Part shown: positions 14,071-27,619 of the stretch, one piece after another | How the letters are laid out: each line of letters begins with the position of its first letter | Position numbering within the stretch: position 1 is the stretch's first letter | DNA from: Felis catus | Lineage: Eukaryota | NCBI RefSeq assembly: GCF_018350175.1 | Contig: NC_058368.1 | Location: 119,166,001-119,230,000 of the forward strand | DNA: 64,000 bases | Direction: 5' to 3' | The notes under the pieces: model-generated | Database searches by the model: none | What the model saw: only the letters and a program-made list of their open reading frames with translations | Told to the model about the DNA's origin: nothing | Translations under genes and position numbers: made by a program

Positions 14071-14279
14071 TATTTATGCTGAACGCCTTCAGTCTTTTTA
14101 TTTTATCTCTTTAACTCCACAATATCCCTCAAACTAGCTCTCTTCAGTATTTCACCAGATTTTAGGAACCACAGGCACCGACACAAACACCCTGTGAGAC
14201 TCACTCCTCAAAGATTGAACTTAATCCTCCCAGAGGCAAGGCTGCTGTTCAGGTTGGAGGGGGAAAGATCTTCTTCTTC

Positions 14280-14444
14280 TTTTTTTTTAAAGTTTATTTA
14301 TTTTTTTGAGGTGGGGGGAGGGGCAGGGAAAGAGGGAGAGAGAATTCCAAGCCAGGGGCTGGAACTCACAGATCATGAAATCATGCCCTGAGCTGAGATG
14401 AAGAGCTGGATGTTTAACTGACTGAGCCACCCAGGAGGCGCCCC
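14280..14444 (-). mobile_element. CAN-SINE, internally deleted
   Basis: gatcatgaaatcatgccctgagctgag...gccacccaggaggcgcccc. Confidence 0.9.
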
Positions 14445-14502
14445 TGCCCCCCTGCCTTTTTTGTTTGTTTGTTTCTATTTCTCAAAAGGAGTCAAGGAGT
14501 GA

Positions 14503-14604
14503 TTTTTATTTATTTATTTTTTTGTTAAATATAATTTATTGTCAAATTGGTTTCCACACAACACCCAGTGCTCATCCCAACAGGTGCCCTCATCAGTGCC
14601 CATC
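14503..14604 (-). mobile_element. Short carnivore L1 3' terminus
   Basis: tttattgtcaaattggtttccacacaacacccagtgctcatcccaacaggtgccctc; T-rich tail. Confidence 0.8.
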
Positions 14605-16708
14605 AAAAGAGTGGTTTGTTTTTAACTACTGGTCTTTCACTCTAATTATAAAGATGATTCAAACTCACAATAAAAAATTTAAACATAAAAAAAGCCATAA
14701 AATAAAATTTCCTTCTCCTATTACTTCTCAGAAGTAGCTCCTCTTTCTTACACATTTCCAGAAATTCATGTTTTTACACAAGCTGGAACATCAATTGTCT
14801 TGATTTTATTCAAAAATATTTACTGAGCATCTATGAGGTACCAGGCACTGGGGATACAGTCAGGAATAATACACAGAAAGATCCCCGCCATTATGAAACT
14901 TAAGTTTTAATGATTTTGCACCAGAGAATGACTCAGAATTCCACAAAACTTAGTTTCCCATTTTCTGAGTGTATTTATATAGAAGCCAGAGAAAATCTAT
15001 GTTAATTAACTTCTCTTGTATCCCAATCTCTCAGTGAGGGAGAGGAGCTAAGAAGAACTTCAGTAACCAGCCTAAGGGCAGTCTTTCACTTTTTTCTGCA
15101 GCTGGGTCTATGTCTCTGTTTTCCTAGGAACAAAATGTCTTTTGGGCATTGAACAGGGAACAACTTTGACAACTCCCTTCATCTTTAGGAATTTATAATC
15201 TTAGGGAGGCAGTACTACTCTGGGTCACAACAATTCTGGAGGCAACTATGTTTTAATTTTTATTTCCTTTCCTTGAGTTAGGTCTTCAAACCTAACTTTC
15301 CTTGAGTTAGGTTCTCTCTCTCCACTGGATTTGTATTTAACTTAAAGATAGGCCCCACTTAAAATCTTCTCTTTGGCCTTTATCGTTCAGACATGGAGAG
15401 CCGTGAAATTTCACCAATTCTGCGGTATATCAACTGCAATGCACGAGCCGAGACCCCGTGTGCACCCTCACAGCTCTGGCCGGAAAGCACACCTCCCCGA
15501 GTCCTTCCAGGCCTGCCCGTGGCATGCACTTCATACGTGCGCCCCAATGTGACCATTTTGAAAGAAGGTCTCACTCTTTAAAATAAGAGGAGAATAAAGA
15601 AACAACTTCCAGTGGCTGTGTCAAAGGAACTTTTAAGACATTCTATTAGCTAAACCAACAGTGGCGACTTCCTGTCAGAGTGGGAGGTAAGAAGCATTTC
15701 CCAGCATTGACAACATACTTGGTTTGGTCAGACTGTTTATACAGTGTCACGATAAAGTGAGTGATAAAACAATGTGTAAAATTTCTCCCCCAACCAGAGC
15801 AGCCTGCTAGTTGTCAGGTGTTAGAAAAGGTTCTGTCAGCGACAACTTAATTCATTTAAGATAGTTCAAAAGTGCTTCTTCAAGGGCTTTAAAGTACCTT
15901 AGAAACAGGTTGCAGTTGACAAAGAGTCAGTCTTTCTTTTCTTCTTACCCCTTGGCCGTTAATGGTTAAACTTGAGACCTAAACAAGCCATTGGCATTAG
16001 GGTAGCGATTTCAGATTTGAGGAGTTTTCAAATCCCAAGTTTTTGATTATCTTAGATGTTCCATCCCTTCTTCTAGTGTTTCATCTTTTACGAAAATGGC
16101 CACTGAGGCTCTCGGATGTGCCACACACATTCTCTCGAATGATGATGACCAGCTTGAGCCCGTGGGGGTGTGATCTCATCCCTTATTCATCTCTTAGGAT
16201 CCTCACTTGCTATCACCGTCAGACTTCCTGATCTAACATTGCCTGGCTCCTTTCCCATCCTCTAGGAAAGGGCTGGAACAGAGATTTGCTTCCTCAAGTC
16301 TCCTGGGTGTGTCATTTCTCCTCAGAGAACACTTAGAAAGAGCACATGTTATGTTGCAGACTTTGTGTAGGAAGTACCCAGTGGATATGCTCTGCCTCTT
16401 TGCTGGTCAGTTCTTCCTCAATCTATTGTGGGAAGTGGGATGTTTGGTTTCACACTTTCTGCTCATTGCTTACTCAGTGTGCACCCAAATCAGTGTGGTG
16501 TCCCCACTCCAGCTTTGACCTTTCTATCCATTTAAGAGAGCAAATACTCTGACCAATCCAAAGTCATAGCAATTAGTTAAGAAACAAGTATTATCTGAGC
16601 GCTGCGTGGCTGCCTTATTCCGAGATATATGAGGATAGGTCACATAAGATTTAAAAAACATGTTTTGAGCACCTCTGTCACACTAAGTATCAAATCTAAT
16701 CATGTTCC

Positions 16709-16921
16709 AGGCGCCTGGGTGGCTCAGTTGGTTAAGCATCTGACTTTGGCTCAGGTCATGATCTTGCAGTCTGTGGGTTTCAGCTCCATGTTGGACTCTG
16801 TGCTGACAGCTCAGAGCCTGGAGCCTGCTTCAGATTCCGTGTCTCCCTCTCTCTCTGCCCCTCCCCTGCTCACACTCTTGTCTCTCTCTGAAATCTAAAT
16901 AAATACTAAAAAAATTTTTAA
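16709..16921 (+). mobile_element. CAN-SINE
   Basis: TSD aaatctaatcatg. Confidence 0.95.
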
Positions 16922-17049
16922 ATCTAATCATGCCCTTTCTTTATTTAGAACCCATAAGTAGCCTCACATTGTATTCAGAGTTTAATTTAAACTTTGTGCC
17001 AATGACTCCCACAGGCCTACATTTTCTGGCTTTTTAAAAACAACGGTAA

Positions 17050-17525
17050 GGAAATACTGAAATACAACAACCTGCACATGTTTATGATGACCTGCATGTA
17101 TTTAAAATATACAACTTGATCCTCTTTGATCATGTCAGAATTGTCACATTGTATACCATCACCAAAATCAAGATAATAAATAAAGAATGTATCTGTCACT
17201 TCCTTTTTCAGGATCCTTGAAAATCCGTGTCTCCTTTTACACCTCACGCTCAAGCAACCACTGTTTTGCTTTCTGTCAGTACATGCTGGTTTGCATTTTC
17301 CTGAATTTAATGTAAAAATATATACTTTTTTGCCTGCCTTGTTTGTGCATAATGACTGTGAAATTCATCCATTGCATGTATCAATAGTTTATTCCTTTTT
17401 ATTGCTTTTTAATAAATTATCACTACTATACTATTCTCTTGTGTGGATGTGCCATAATTTATTTATCCATTCACCTGTTGATGGACATTTGGATTGTTTC
17501 TAGTTTTTGGCTCTTCCAAACAAAG
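17050..17525 (-). mobile_element. Old L1M 3' fragment
   Basis: ccataatttatttatccattcacctgttgatggacatttggattgtttctagtttttggct. Confidence 0.85.
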
Positions 17526-17543
17526 TTTAATCTAAAGTATTTT

Positions 17544-17733
17544 GGGTGCCTGGGTGGCTCAGTTGGTTAAGTGTCTGACTCTTGATTTTGGCTCACGTTA
17601 TGATATCATGGTTTGTGGGTTCGAGCCCCTTATCAGGCTCTGCACTGGCAGCACAGAACCTGCTCTCTCCCTCTATCTCTGCCCCTTCCCTGCTTGTTCT
17701 CTCTCAAATAAACAGACATTTTTTAAAAAGTAA
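17544..17733 (+). mobile_element. CAN-SINE
   Basis: gggtgcctgggtggctcagttggttaag head. Confidence 0.92.
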
Positions 17734-18439
17734 AGACTGGCAATGAAACAAGTCATACAGTGTGATAAGCACTATGATAGGTGTCTTCTGGTGGTCTGAA
17801 AGAATCTAGCAGGGCATATACTGTGCCTACCGTATTTAATTGGTGACACAGAGAGTAATTAGGAGTCAGACAGGGAAGCAGAAGCAGTGGGGAATGAAAC
17901 AGAGGTGCAGATTCTAGGGAGACATCCTGGTAAGTTGGAGAACATTCTGGAAGGAGGCCTGTGATCTCATCTCAGCACAGATGAGGCATGGCCAGGAGCC
18001 CTGGATCATGTAATGGAGAATCCATGCCAGCCTTTTTTTCTAATGCTCTTCATTACATTGCTGAGTGATTTCTCCCTGCTGAGGTGGTAACTAAGGTGAT
18101 ATAAATGTTGGTAGCTGGAGGTCTACAAGGATTCTGTGGAGAAATCATATTTCACTTATGCCTTATATATGTGAAGTAATTTACTTTATACAGCTGATAT
18201 CACGTTACTCTATATAAAACGGATCTGGCCCTTGCAAGGACAACCCACACAGTCAAAACGAACTTCTGACTTAATTGAAGTTGGTATGGGTGGCGATGAA
18301 ATAAATGAAAGAAGATCTCAGATCATCGACAGACCCAGAAAGCTGGAGGGATCAAAGCTTGATGGTGACAACAGCCAATGTCAGAAGACCTTTGGGGACT
18401 TTTCACGTGCTCCACCTAACATCCACTCCTTCCTTCTTT

Positions 18440-18975
18440 CTTGTTAACAACACTCCAGCTGTATTCGGGGATCCGCCCTCCTCCTCCTCAGCATGACTCC
18501 AGGGGAGAGTGACTCCATCCCAAAGCTGAAGATGGGTCTGATTAGACTAAAGGAATCACAGCAGCCCCATGCCACTTGCCAACAAGTGGTATTGATACCA
18601 TTCTGGCCACAGAGACATGACAGGAAATCTGCTGGGGGAGCTTCTGCAAAGGTTTCCTTTCTTTTACAGAGGATCCCACAAAAGAATGGATTTCTTCTTC
18701 CTCTGGGTCTTGTTGTCATTGGACAATGGTTGCTGAACTGCTGCTGCCACCTAATGACCATGGGGGGTGGGGTGGGGAGATGGCCAGAGCACGCTTGGGG
18801 GATGGCAGAGCAGGGAGACCAAAGGATCTGGGACCTTTATGACTTCCCCAAACCTCAGACTCACTCAGTTCTGGAGCTGCCCGCTGAAGTTCTCAATATG
18901 TGAGATAATAAGTTTCCTCATGTCTTAAGCCATTTTGAGCTTGGGTTTGTTGGACCAGGGGCATCCTAACTGAAG
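18440..18975 (+). mobile_element. ERVL-MaLR (MLT1-type) solo LTR
   Basis: 3' end agataataagtttcctcatgtcttaagccattttgagcttgggttt...gcatcctaactga. Confidence 0.7.
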
Positions 18976-19099
18976 ACTCAATCTGTCCATCCATTCAGAC
19001 ATTCAACACACATTTTCTTGGTGGTGACTCTGGGTCAGGCACTCTACTACATTCTGGATATGGAAATTTCAAACAATGAAGTCAGATATGTATATTATG

Positions 19100-19410
19100 T
19101 ACTTTGTTTAGGCTGATGAAATATGAGAAGAAATGGCACGTGTCCCTTCTGGGAAGGAACTTTTAGAACCAATGAGGGAAAGAAATGTCGTGTTTCCTTC
19201 CCTCTCTCATGATGATGAGGAATTAGGTGTTGAGAAAGAACTTCCATTCAACCGGCTCTCCAGTGACTAGGTTGAGCAAGATTCTACCCCTCCTCTCCCA
19301 CACTGGACATAGAGTGAGATAAAAAAAAAAAAAATACATGCTGTTTAAGCCACCGAGAATTTGGGATTGTTCACCGTCATGCAAACCCAGCCCATCCTAG
19401 CTGATGAGCA
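19100..19410 (+). mobile_element. MLT1-type LTR fragment
   Basis: tgctgtttaagccaccgagaatttgggattgttcac...agcccatcctagctga. Confidence 0.65.
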
Positions 19411-19949
19411 TGTAAAGTGCTTAGTGCAGGGCCTAGTGCTCAGGGCATGAAAACCTGCTGTTTTTGTTGTTGTTATTTGTTGGCACCTACCCAGAGCAGT
19501 GAACGAAGGCCAGCACATACCTGGAAATGTACTCAGAATGCAACTATTTAAAACCTAATTATTTATAGGCTTATCACTAACAGGGTATCAGCTACGTAAA
19601 TAGTGTGTAAGTTAACTACCAAAATACATGACTGTACTCAGTTCAGTGTTCTGTACCTAAACACCCTAAGATCACAAACATCTTTGGACACTGATAAATA
19701 TGAACTTTTACTTTTAAGGTTATAAAATGAGTTGTATAGCAGGATTAATTAGAAATCTGACTTACCTATGGTAAAAAAAAAAAAAAGATGTGAGAGAATT
19801 GGTGTAATACTGAAAAATGTCATGTTACTGAGGCTATTTCAAAATTATAGTGTCCAGCTCGGTAAAGTTTCATAGCACTCGGTGGTGCTACCATATATGG
19901 GACATGGTACGGTGCCCTCTTTCGGAGGAATTTTGATCATTAGATTATC

Positions 19950-20250
19950 CTGGGAAGAGGAACCAGGATGGCTAATGTTCAGAAGCTGTCCTATGAAGGC
20001 CCTCATTAGAGGCAGGTCAGGTGCCTGCCTGGAGGGGGGCACATCAACTGTCTTCGAATATTTGGAGAAGCATGCTTCGCCTGGGTAGGCCCAGAAGGCA
20101 AAACCAGGACCAAAGTTGGAAGTGTTAGAGACACTGAGCTCAGCCCAATACAAGAAAGAATAATGATCTTATAACCATATCTGCATAACAGCAGAAGGGG
20201 CTAGATCTTGAAATAGTGAGCTGTCAATCATAATGTTTCAAAAGAGGATG
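19950..20250 (+). mobile_element. L3/CR1 3' fragment
   Basis: actgtcttcgaatatttggag...ccagaaggcaaaaccaggacca. Confidence 0.55.
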
Positions 20251-20678
20251 AAAAACCTGTGTGTATACACAATGCATTTCACAATTACTGAGGATCTACT
20301 GAATACCAGGTGACAGGAAAGGAATATGAAATTAATGTGATATGATGCCTGGCCACAGGGTATTTACAGTCTGTGATCTGTAAACAGCAGGGAAATAGAT
20401 AATTATTTTGTGTGGCGACTTACACTGTAGAGTTTGTGCAAACTTGTATATAGACAATGCTCTGCTTTGGATAATCAGGAAACACTGCACATAAGTTATA
20501 CTTGCTGTATCTTGAATAATGGTTCAGAGTATTACAGAGGAGTGAAATATCAATGTGGAGGAAACTCATTGATTAATTTGAAGTTCCTCAAATTCTTCAG
20601 AACTTATTCCATCCTATAAAGGCAAGACAAGCACAATGGTGATCTAACAGAATAAGACACATTTAAAATATGTACATG

Positions 20679-20886
20679 GGGGCACGTGGGTGACTCATTC
20701 AGTTTGTCTGACTCTTGATTTCAACTCATCATGATACCAGTGTCATGGAATTGAGCCCCATGTCGGACTCGGCACTGAATGTGGAGCCTGCCTGGGTCTC
20801 TCTCTCTCTCTCCCTCTGCCCCTCTCTCCTACTCATGTGCTCTCTCTTTCTACGATAAAATTTTTAAAAAAAATTAAAAAAAAAGT
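20679..20886 (+). mobile_element. CAN-SINE
   Basis: TSD aaaatatgtacatg. Confidence 0.92.
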
Positions 20887-20912
20887 AAAATATGTACATG
20901 AACCCAGGGACA

Positions 20913-21137
20913 TTTTTTTTAATGTTTATTTTTTTATTTAGAGAGAGAGAGCATGCACATGTATGTGAGAGCAAGCGGGGAGGGAAAGAGAGAAAGAGGG
21001 AGAGAGAAAGTCCTAAGCAGGCTCCGTGCTATCAGCACAGAGCCTGAGAGGGGGCTCAATCTCAAGAAGCATGAGATCATGATCTGAGCCAAAATCAAGA
21101 ACTGAATGCTGAACTTAATGAGCCAGTCAGGCACCCC
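20913..21137 (-). mobile_element. CAN-SINE
   Basis: TSD cagggac(a/c)ttttt. Confidence 0.92.
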
Positions 21138-23532
21138 TCAGGGACCTTTTTAAAGCAAATACACACATACATGCATGCATACATACATACATACATACAT
21201 ACAAGAAGCATTTTGCCTTATTTGGATGGATGGTGCTATGACTCCAGGCTCACTGGAGGGAGTGAATGGTTCCAGAGCTCTTGAAAACTCTCAGGTATCG
21301 GCTTGGAAGGGGATCCAGAAGACAAGAATGCTGGTCGGCAGGCAAAAGGCATACTTCCCCTCCTGCTTTGTTTTCAGCTGGAGAATTTACCCCTCTTGAA
21401 GCAGCTAGCCAAACAGTTCATATGGATTGTAAAATTCTTCAAGAGCAGGAAGAGAATCTGGGCTCATTTGATGGCGGAGCTTTACTGTGAGGCTTGAGTT
21501 CAATCAGATTTCCTTGGAAATGTACCTGGGAAAGATGGCTGAGTTTTGTTAAAGGGATCAGTTTTATTTTGCTCTTCCCAAAGGATGTGGAAGACTGAAG
21601 TAGCCAGAGGGGATGAGACAGAGAAGGAGGAGTGGCCATCTGTATAACTCTGCAACAACTGAGACAAGGAGCAGCAAGCCACTAAAAGCAACAATTCCTT
21701 TCTCAAACTTCAATTCAGGATCAATACAAAAGGGGTTACACCCTAGTAATGTCAAGAAGATACATGGTAAGAAGTAGCAGAGTGATAAACCTGAGAAGCT
21801 GTAATAAAGTAGTCGTAGGTTCAAACCCTATGGCTTCTGCTTTCCAGCTATATGACCTTGGGTGAGTTAGCTAACCTCTCTGAGCACCACCGATCTCATT
21901 CACAGAGGCAATGCAAGCATGGATCATGCAGGGGGGTTGCAGGGATTAGAGACCATGAAGCAAAATCTATTTCAGTGTGCTAGCACGGTACTAGCCTTGT
22001 AGTAGGCACTCATCAACCAAACCCATCTTTGTTATTTTACTCTCAGGAGACATATAAGCAAAAATGGAGTTAGTTGTTAGTTTGGCTTTCCTGGACTTTG
22101 GGTTTGAAATCAGTTCAACAAATCTGAACATTTACCCTGTGCAGGACACTGATTTAAAGCTAGGGACATGGTGGGAAACAGTGCAAAATAGTCTTGTCTT
22201 CCTTCATGGAATTACAATCTAGAAGGAAGATACAGATTTATGTTACATGTAAGTAACATATATGTCACATATAAGTAAACAAATACATATGAAATTTCTA
22301 GATAAAGATTAGGGCAATGAAAGAATGAAAACAAAACAAAACAGGGGCTGCAATATACTTGTGCCCTGAGAACACTGGCTGAGCTTGCAACATCTGGGGA
22401 GAGAAGCCAATTCTTGGAGGCTGACGTGTCCTGTATGCTGAGCCTCATATCAACCCGCTGACTTTGTATCCCACATAGCTATTCATAATGTCTTAATGAA
22501 GTCAGGTTCCAGACAAATTGGTTCATTCATTTCAAAGGGATTTATTTTAGGACCCCCACACTTCTTCTGGTCTCGGGTAAGTTGTATTACTCATTCATGA
22601 AGTATTTTGGCAGAACCTTCAACTGATGTGTATTTTTAGTACTGGGTTTATGTGTAAGAAAAATACATATGGAGGGGCTGGATGAATAATGGGAGAGGAA
22701 AATAAAATAGCAAACCACGTTTCTCAAGTGTCAGCTTGGTACTAATGAAATAGAAAGTATTGGGTGATTTATAGAGTATGTGGGGCTAAAAACAATCATA
22801 GGCAAAATACCAAATTACTCAAAGTCTCACAAGTGAGGGTGTCCATCATAAAAGAAGCTGAACTGACAAAGAGATTAAGAAGGGGTGGGAAGACAGAGAC
22901 AGACATTGACACAAAAAGGCAAGCTTTTAGGAGAATTTTAAATTCCACTGTAATGACCAAAAACATGTTTTGTAAGAGTTTTCAAGAGCTTCCCTTGCTA
23001 GGCGCAGATGAGCAATGTAGCCTCTAAGCAAAGAGAGAAGTCATGACTTGTATCTTTGAATTTTTGGTTAGATCCTGAAAATGTGCACTTGGATTAAAAA
23101 AATGGTAAAAGGAGTTTTCAACAAGAGAAGTAGCTGATAAACACAGTCATGAAACACTTAGAGGTCTCCATATAAATGTCTGAAAAGAAGAGGGTGAGAC
23201 TTTAATAAAGGCCCCATCTCATGATGTCCAAGCTGTTAATTGCATATACTTTATACACACATCACTTTTAACACAGTTTATGTCATTAATTGAAAGCCAG
23301 TCTGGGTAAATCTCCAAGATCTATTTCAGATTCTTCCCTATCATCCATAGCTGAGCCCAAGATTCAAGCTAGCTTATCGTTTATTTCGTCTGCACACTCT
23401 TAAGCCTTAAATTTACCTTTTATTTTCAGTTTATGATGTTTCTTTCCTCTGAAATAAATCTCCCAATCTACCTCCTCGCGTCTTTCTATCCTTCCAGATC
23501 CAGCTCAACTTTTTCTCTCTGTGAACCCCTTC

Positions 23533-23748
23533 TTTTTTTAAATTTTTTTTTAATGTTTATTTATTTTTGAGAGAGACAGAGCATGAGCAGGGGAGGGGCA
23601 GAGAGAGAGGGAGACACGGAATCCGAAACAGGCTCCAGGCTCTGAGCTGTCAGCACAGAACCCGACACGGGGCTCAAACGCACAAACCGTGAGATCATGA
23701 CCTGAGCCGAAGTCGGATGCTTAACCGAGTGAGCCACCCAGGTGCCCC
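23533..23748 (-). mobile_element. CAN-SINE
   Basis: TSD tgtgaaccccttctt. Confidence 0.96.
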
Positions 23749-24043
23749 ATTGTGAACCCCTTCTTGAACAGAATCAGACATACCTTGGTCTGATTTCCTG
23801 CAGCATTTGATACATGTGTTTATGGTCCTTTCATGATCACTGTCAGGATTATCACGGATTGTGTGTCTACTATGTACTGGACAGTGTTAACCATCTTACA
23901 TAAATGTCTTCATTTAACACTTGCTGTAGCTTCAAGATATAGGCATTATTATTCCAATTTACTGATGAGGTTAAGAAACTTGCTTCATTACATCCAGCTA
24001 AAAGGAGATAGCACCAGAATGTGAACTCAGTCTCCTTATTTTA

Positions 24044-24271
24044 TTTTATTTAAAAAAATTTTTTTTTCAACGTTTATTTATTTTTTGGGACAGAGAGAGA
24101 CAGAGCATGAACGGGAGAGGGGCAGAGAGAGAGGGAGACACAGAATCGGAAACAGGCTCCAGGCTCTGAGCCATCAGCCCAGAGCCTGACGCGGGGCTCG
24201 AACTCACGGACCGCGAGATCGTGACCTGGCTGAAGTCGGACGCTTAACCGACTGCGCCACCCAGGCGCCCC
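24044..24271 (-). mobile_element. Young SINEC_Fc-type SINE inserted in a MIR
   Basis: CpGs intact; perfect TSD tcagtctccttatttta at 24027-24043 and 24272-24288. Confidence 0.97.
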
Positions 24272-24668
24272 TCAGTCTCCTTATTTTAGAGCCCATGTTC
24301 TTAAGTGCGAGCTCTGTGGTTTCTCATACAACACTGTTTCATTTTGCTGGTGTTGCAGTTTACTTGTGATCATGTCTGTTTCCCTACCTAGATGACAAGC
24401 ATATACAAATCATGTGGAAGGAATGGGTGGATAAGAGGACAGGTAGAGAGTTCATCGACTGGTTCTATTCATGGTCCAGGAGGCACAAGTGTCAGAGTAG
24501 GCAAGGTTGGTTACTGGAAGGTTATTTGAAGGAAAAGGCCAGAGACAGAGTTGGTAACAGGAGCCAAGGATCAGAGATGAGGAAAATCATTCAAGAGCAA
24601 CAGTAGTTACAAAGAAAGCAATGATAAAGCAAGTTCTCATTCAGGGCAAATTTTAGTTGATACAATGC

Positions 24669-24694
24669 TTTTGTTGTTGCTGTTTTTAAAGTTT

Positions 24695-24746
<52 letters not shown>

Positions 24747-24908
24747 CAGCAGGGGAGAGGCAGAGACAGAGGGAGGGAGGGGGAATTCGAAGCAGGCCCT
24801 GCACTATTAGCACAGAGACCCACACTGGGTTTAAACTCACAAACTGTGAGATCATGACCTGAGCCAAAGTCCAGAATCAGACGCTTAACCAAGCCACGCT
24901 GGTGCCCC
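24669..24908 (-). mobile_element. CAN-SINE with expanded (GA)n
   Basis: Long GA repeat followed by SINE body. Confidence 0.93.
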
Positions 24909-25625
24909 ATAAATGGATACAATGTTTAATTAGGAACACAAAAGAAAGGATATTCTTTTCCATTGAGTATTAATAGCATCTGGCCAAGTATGATAAACTT
25001 CTTTGATTTTCTGGCCACATAAACCTCAGAATAAGTTTCTAAACTCTTGTATCATATCAGTCTCTCCTCATTTAAGACTTGCATCCATTTATATTACAAT
25101 CTTTATTCTATGTATTATTTAAGAGTTCGTCACTCCTTGCTGGATATCTTATTCATCTTTGTAGCAGAATGTTTAGTATCATAAGCATCCGACTATGAAA
25201 GGTGGGCCAATACGTAAATGAAATTGAAGGAAGCAAGAGTGTTTTCTACAATATGATTTGTAAAATGATTGACTCTATAAAACATTTATGATTTCTGCAG
25301 ACAAAACTTTCTTTCTAGAGATGAAAAGATTCATTCAAATGCAGACAGTCACAGAGAATTTCAGAGATAGTAGATCATAACTATGTTTTTTCTCTCCCTC
25401 CATTCTGGAATGGGAGAAATACAAATCCTTTCAATGACCACTTTGAATATCTACCCTTGAAGACTTGAAATACTTTGAAGGGAATATCTACTGTGCAATT
25501 AAACAAAATACAGTTTTCATCCCTGAAATAAGTTTTTGACTACTAAAATCAGTACCATGTGATTAAATTAACAATAGATCATTTGGTCATATATTCTTTC
25601 ACTCATGCAATGTATATATATACTA

Positions 25626-25834
25626 TTTTTTTGAGATTAATTTATTTGTTTTGAAAGAGAAGGAGAGAACAAGTGGGGAGACAAAGAGAGACAGGGAGAG
25701 AGATAGAATCCCAAGCAGGCTCTGCAGTGTCAGCACTGAACCTGATGCAGGGCTTAAACTCACAAACCATGAGATCATGACCTGAGCCAAAGTAAGAGTC
25801 GGACACTTAACCAACGGAGTCACCCACACGCCCC
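25626..25834 (-). mobile_element. CAN-SINE
   Basis: gagatcatgacctgagccaaagtaagagtcggacacttaacc. Confidence 0.93.
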
Positions 25835-27619
25835 ACAATGGATATGTATTAACGTCTTTCATGTGTGAGGCTCTGATGCTAGCCACTAGGGATATAACTA
25901 GGAGCCTTAAGAGATAGCCACTGCCTTCTTGTTGTTTATTATCAAGTCATCAAGGAATTTAAAATTACCAAAAATTACACCTATGATGATTGCTTCAAAT
26001 AGAGATATGTGGTGCAAGAACAGCCAATTATAGGGGGAAAAGTGTGGTCCAGGCTGAATCTGGATACATGAGGATGGGTTTATCTCGCTGGGTATAAGAC
26101 CACATTATGTATTCATGTATTTATCCCAAGAGCAATGGGAATATTTTAGGCACAGAGTCAATATAATTAGCTTGTGCTTTCAAAAGACCACTTTGCTCAT
26201 GGTGTGGAGAATGGAATGGATGAGGCAAGAGGAGATGTACAGACACCATTCGGATGGTTTTTGCATTGATCTAAGTGAAAATAGTCACTTGAACTAGGTT
26301 TAGAGTCTCAGGAAGCTGGAAACAGTGATTTCACTGTTCTGATTTCAAATAGAAGCCCATGAATTTAGCTAAATCTACTGAGGCTACTCGTTAGCAGGTA
26401 GAGGGAAACAGTAGCTGTGCCTCTTGGAAGGAAAATACTACCTCTTGGCTTCTAGTTTAGGTATTTAAATTTAGACATTTGATAGAATCAAGATCATCCA
26501 GTTTGAGGAAATAAACACATATTTGAGATAATCAGGGACCAAAGGAATGATTAAAAAGATACAAAGTAGAGAATCTGGTTTTTTTTCCATCTTCAGTATT
26601 GTTTATTCACAATTCCTCATTAAAAAGAGTAAGCTCTCCTCTCCCCGCCCCCCCCCCACCTTACTCTTCAAAAAAGAGTTTGAGTCATTTAATAGGGTAA
26701 ATTAGTCCATTTACTCATCCATTAAAAATTTCTTTTTGACAACTAAACTTTGCCCAAGGCACAGGATTAACTAATGATTTGACTAGGGGCAAGTCTTATT
26801 TGATCTTTACATACCCAGAGCCTAGAACCATGCCTGTTTTTCTTTTTTTTTTTTACGTGAATGCATAAGGAGAAAAAAACAAAAGCTCATTAACTGAAGG
26901 GGGACTTCATACTAGTGGGGGAAAAAATAAAAAGATTTTATAACAATGCTGCATGGGAATGGACAAACGTAAGGTAGATTTTGAATCTTCTCTACTCCCA
27001 TTTGCAATTCGACTGTCTGATTTGTAATTTACATTTGTTTATAGTTGTCTTTATGCCAAGATTGGTTTCTTTCCATCTGCATGTACAAATGTAATAAATT
27101 AAGTAGTTATTGGTGCTGTGGTTATCTGTGGTATTTCCAGAGGTCTATAGTGCAACCATGAAAATAAACACTGAACTTTTTCTAAAAATTCTTGCATACT
27201 GGGAATCGGATGGTGAGTCCCAGAGAAATGTGATACACTGACTTGTTTTTTTCCCCTCTCAGGTTTGATTCCACAGGGCAGCATTGCTCTGGGGAAGCAC
27301 CCTGAGTCCCGGTTACCGACACATATTTTCTGAGTCTAGAGAGCTGAGTGTGCAGGGAAATGAGGGCTTGTAAAGATGCCTACAAGGAGGGAGGGAGGAC
27401 ACTGATTAATGTGTACTGGCCAGAATCAGTGTTTTGAGCCTAGTGGCTTTGGGGAGCTATTCACAGGGTGGTGGATGTTTTCTTCTGCTTTATAGCTACT
27501 GGAAGGCCAAGGGAACTGGCTCAAGGTCACAGAAAAAGTGAATCAAGGTTCAGGCTAGTTCTCAATCTATGAGTGCCAAACCATTCTCTCCTTTTTATTG
27601 GTGAAACTATAGACTGAAT

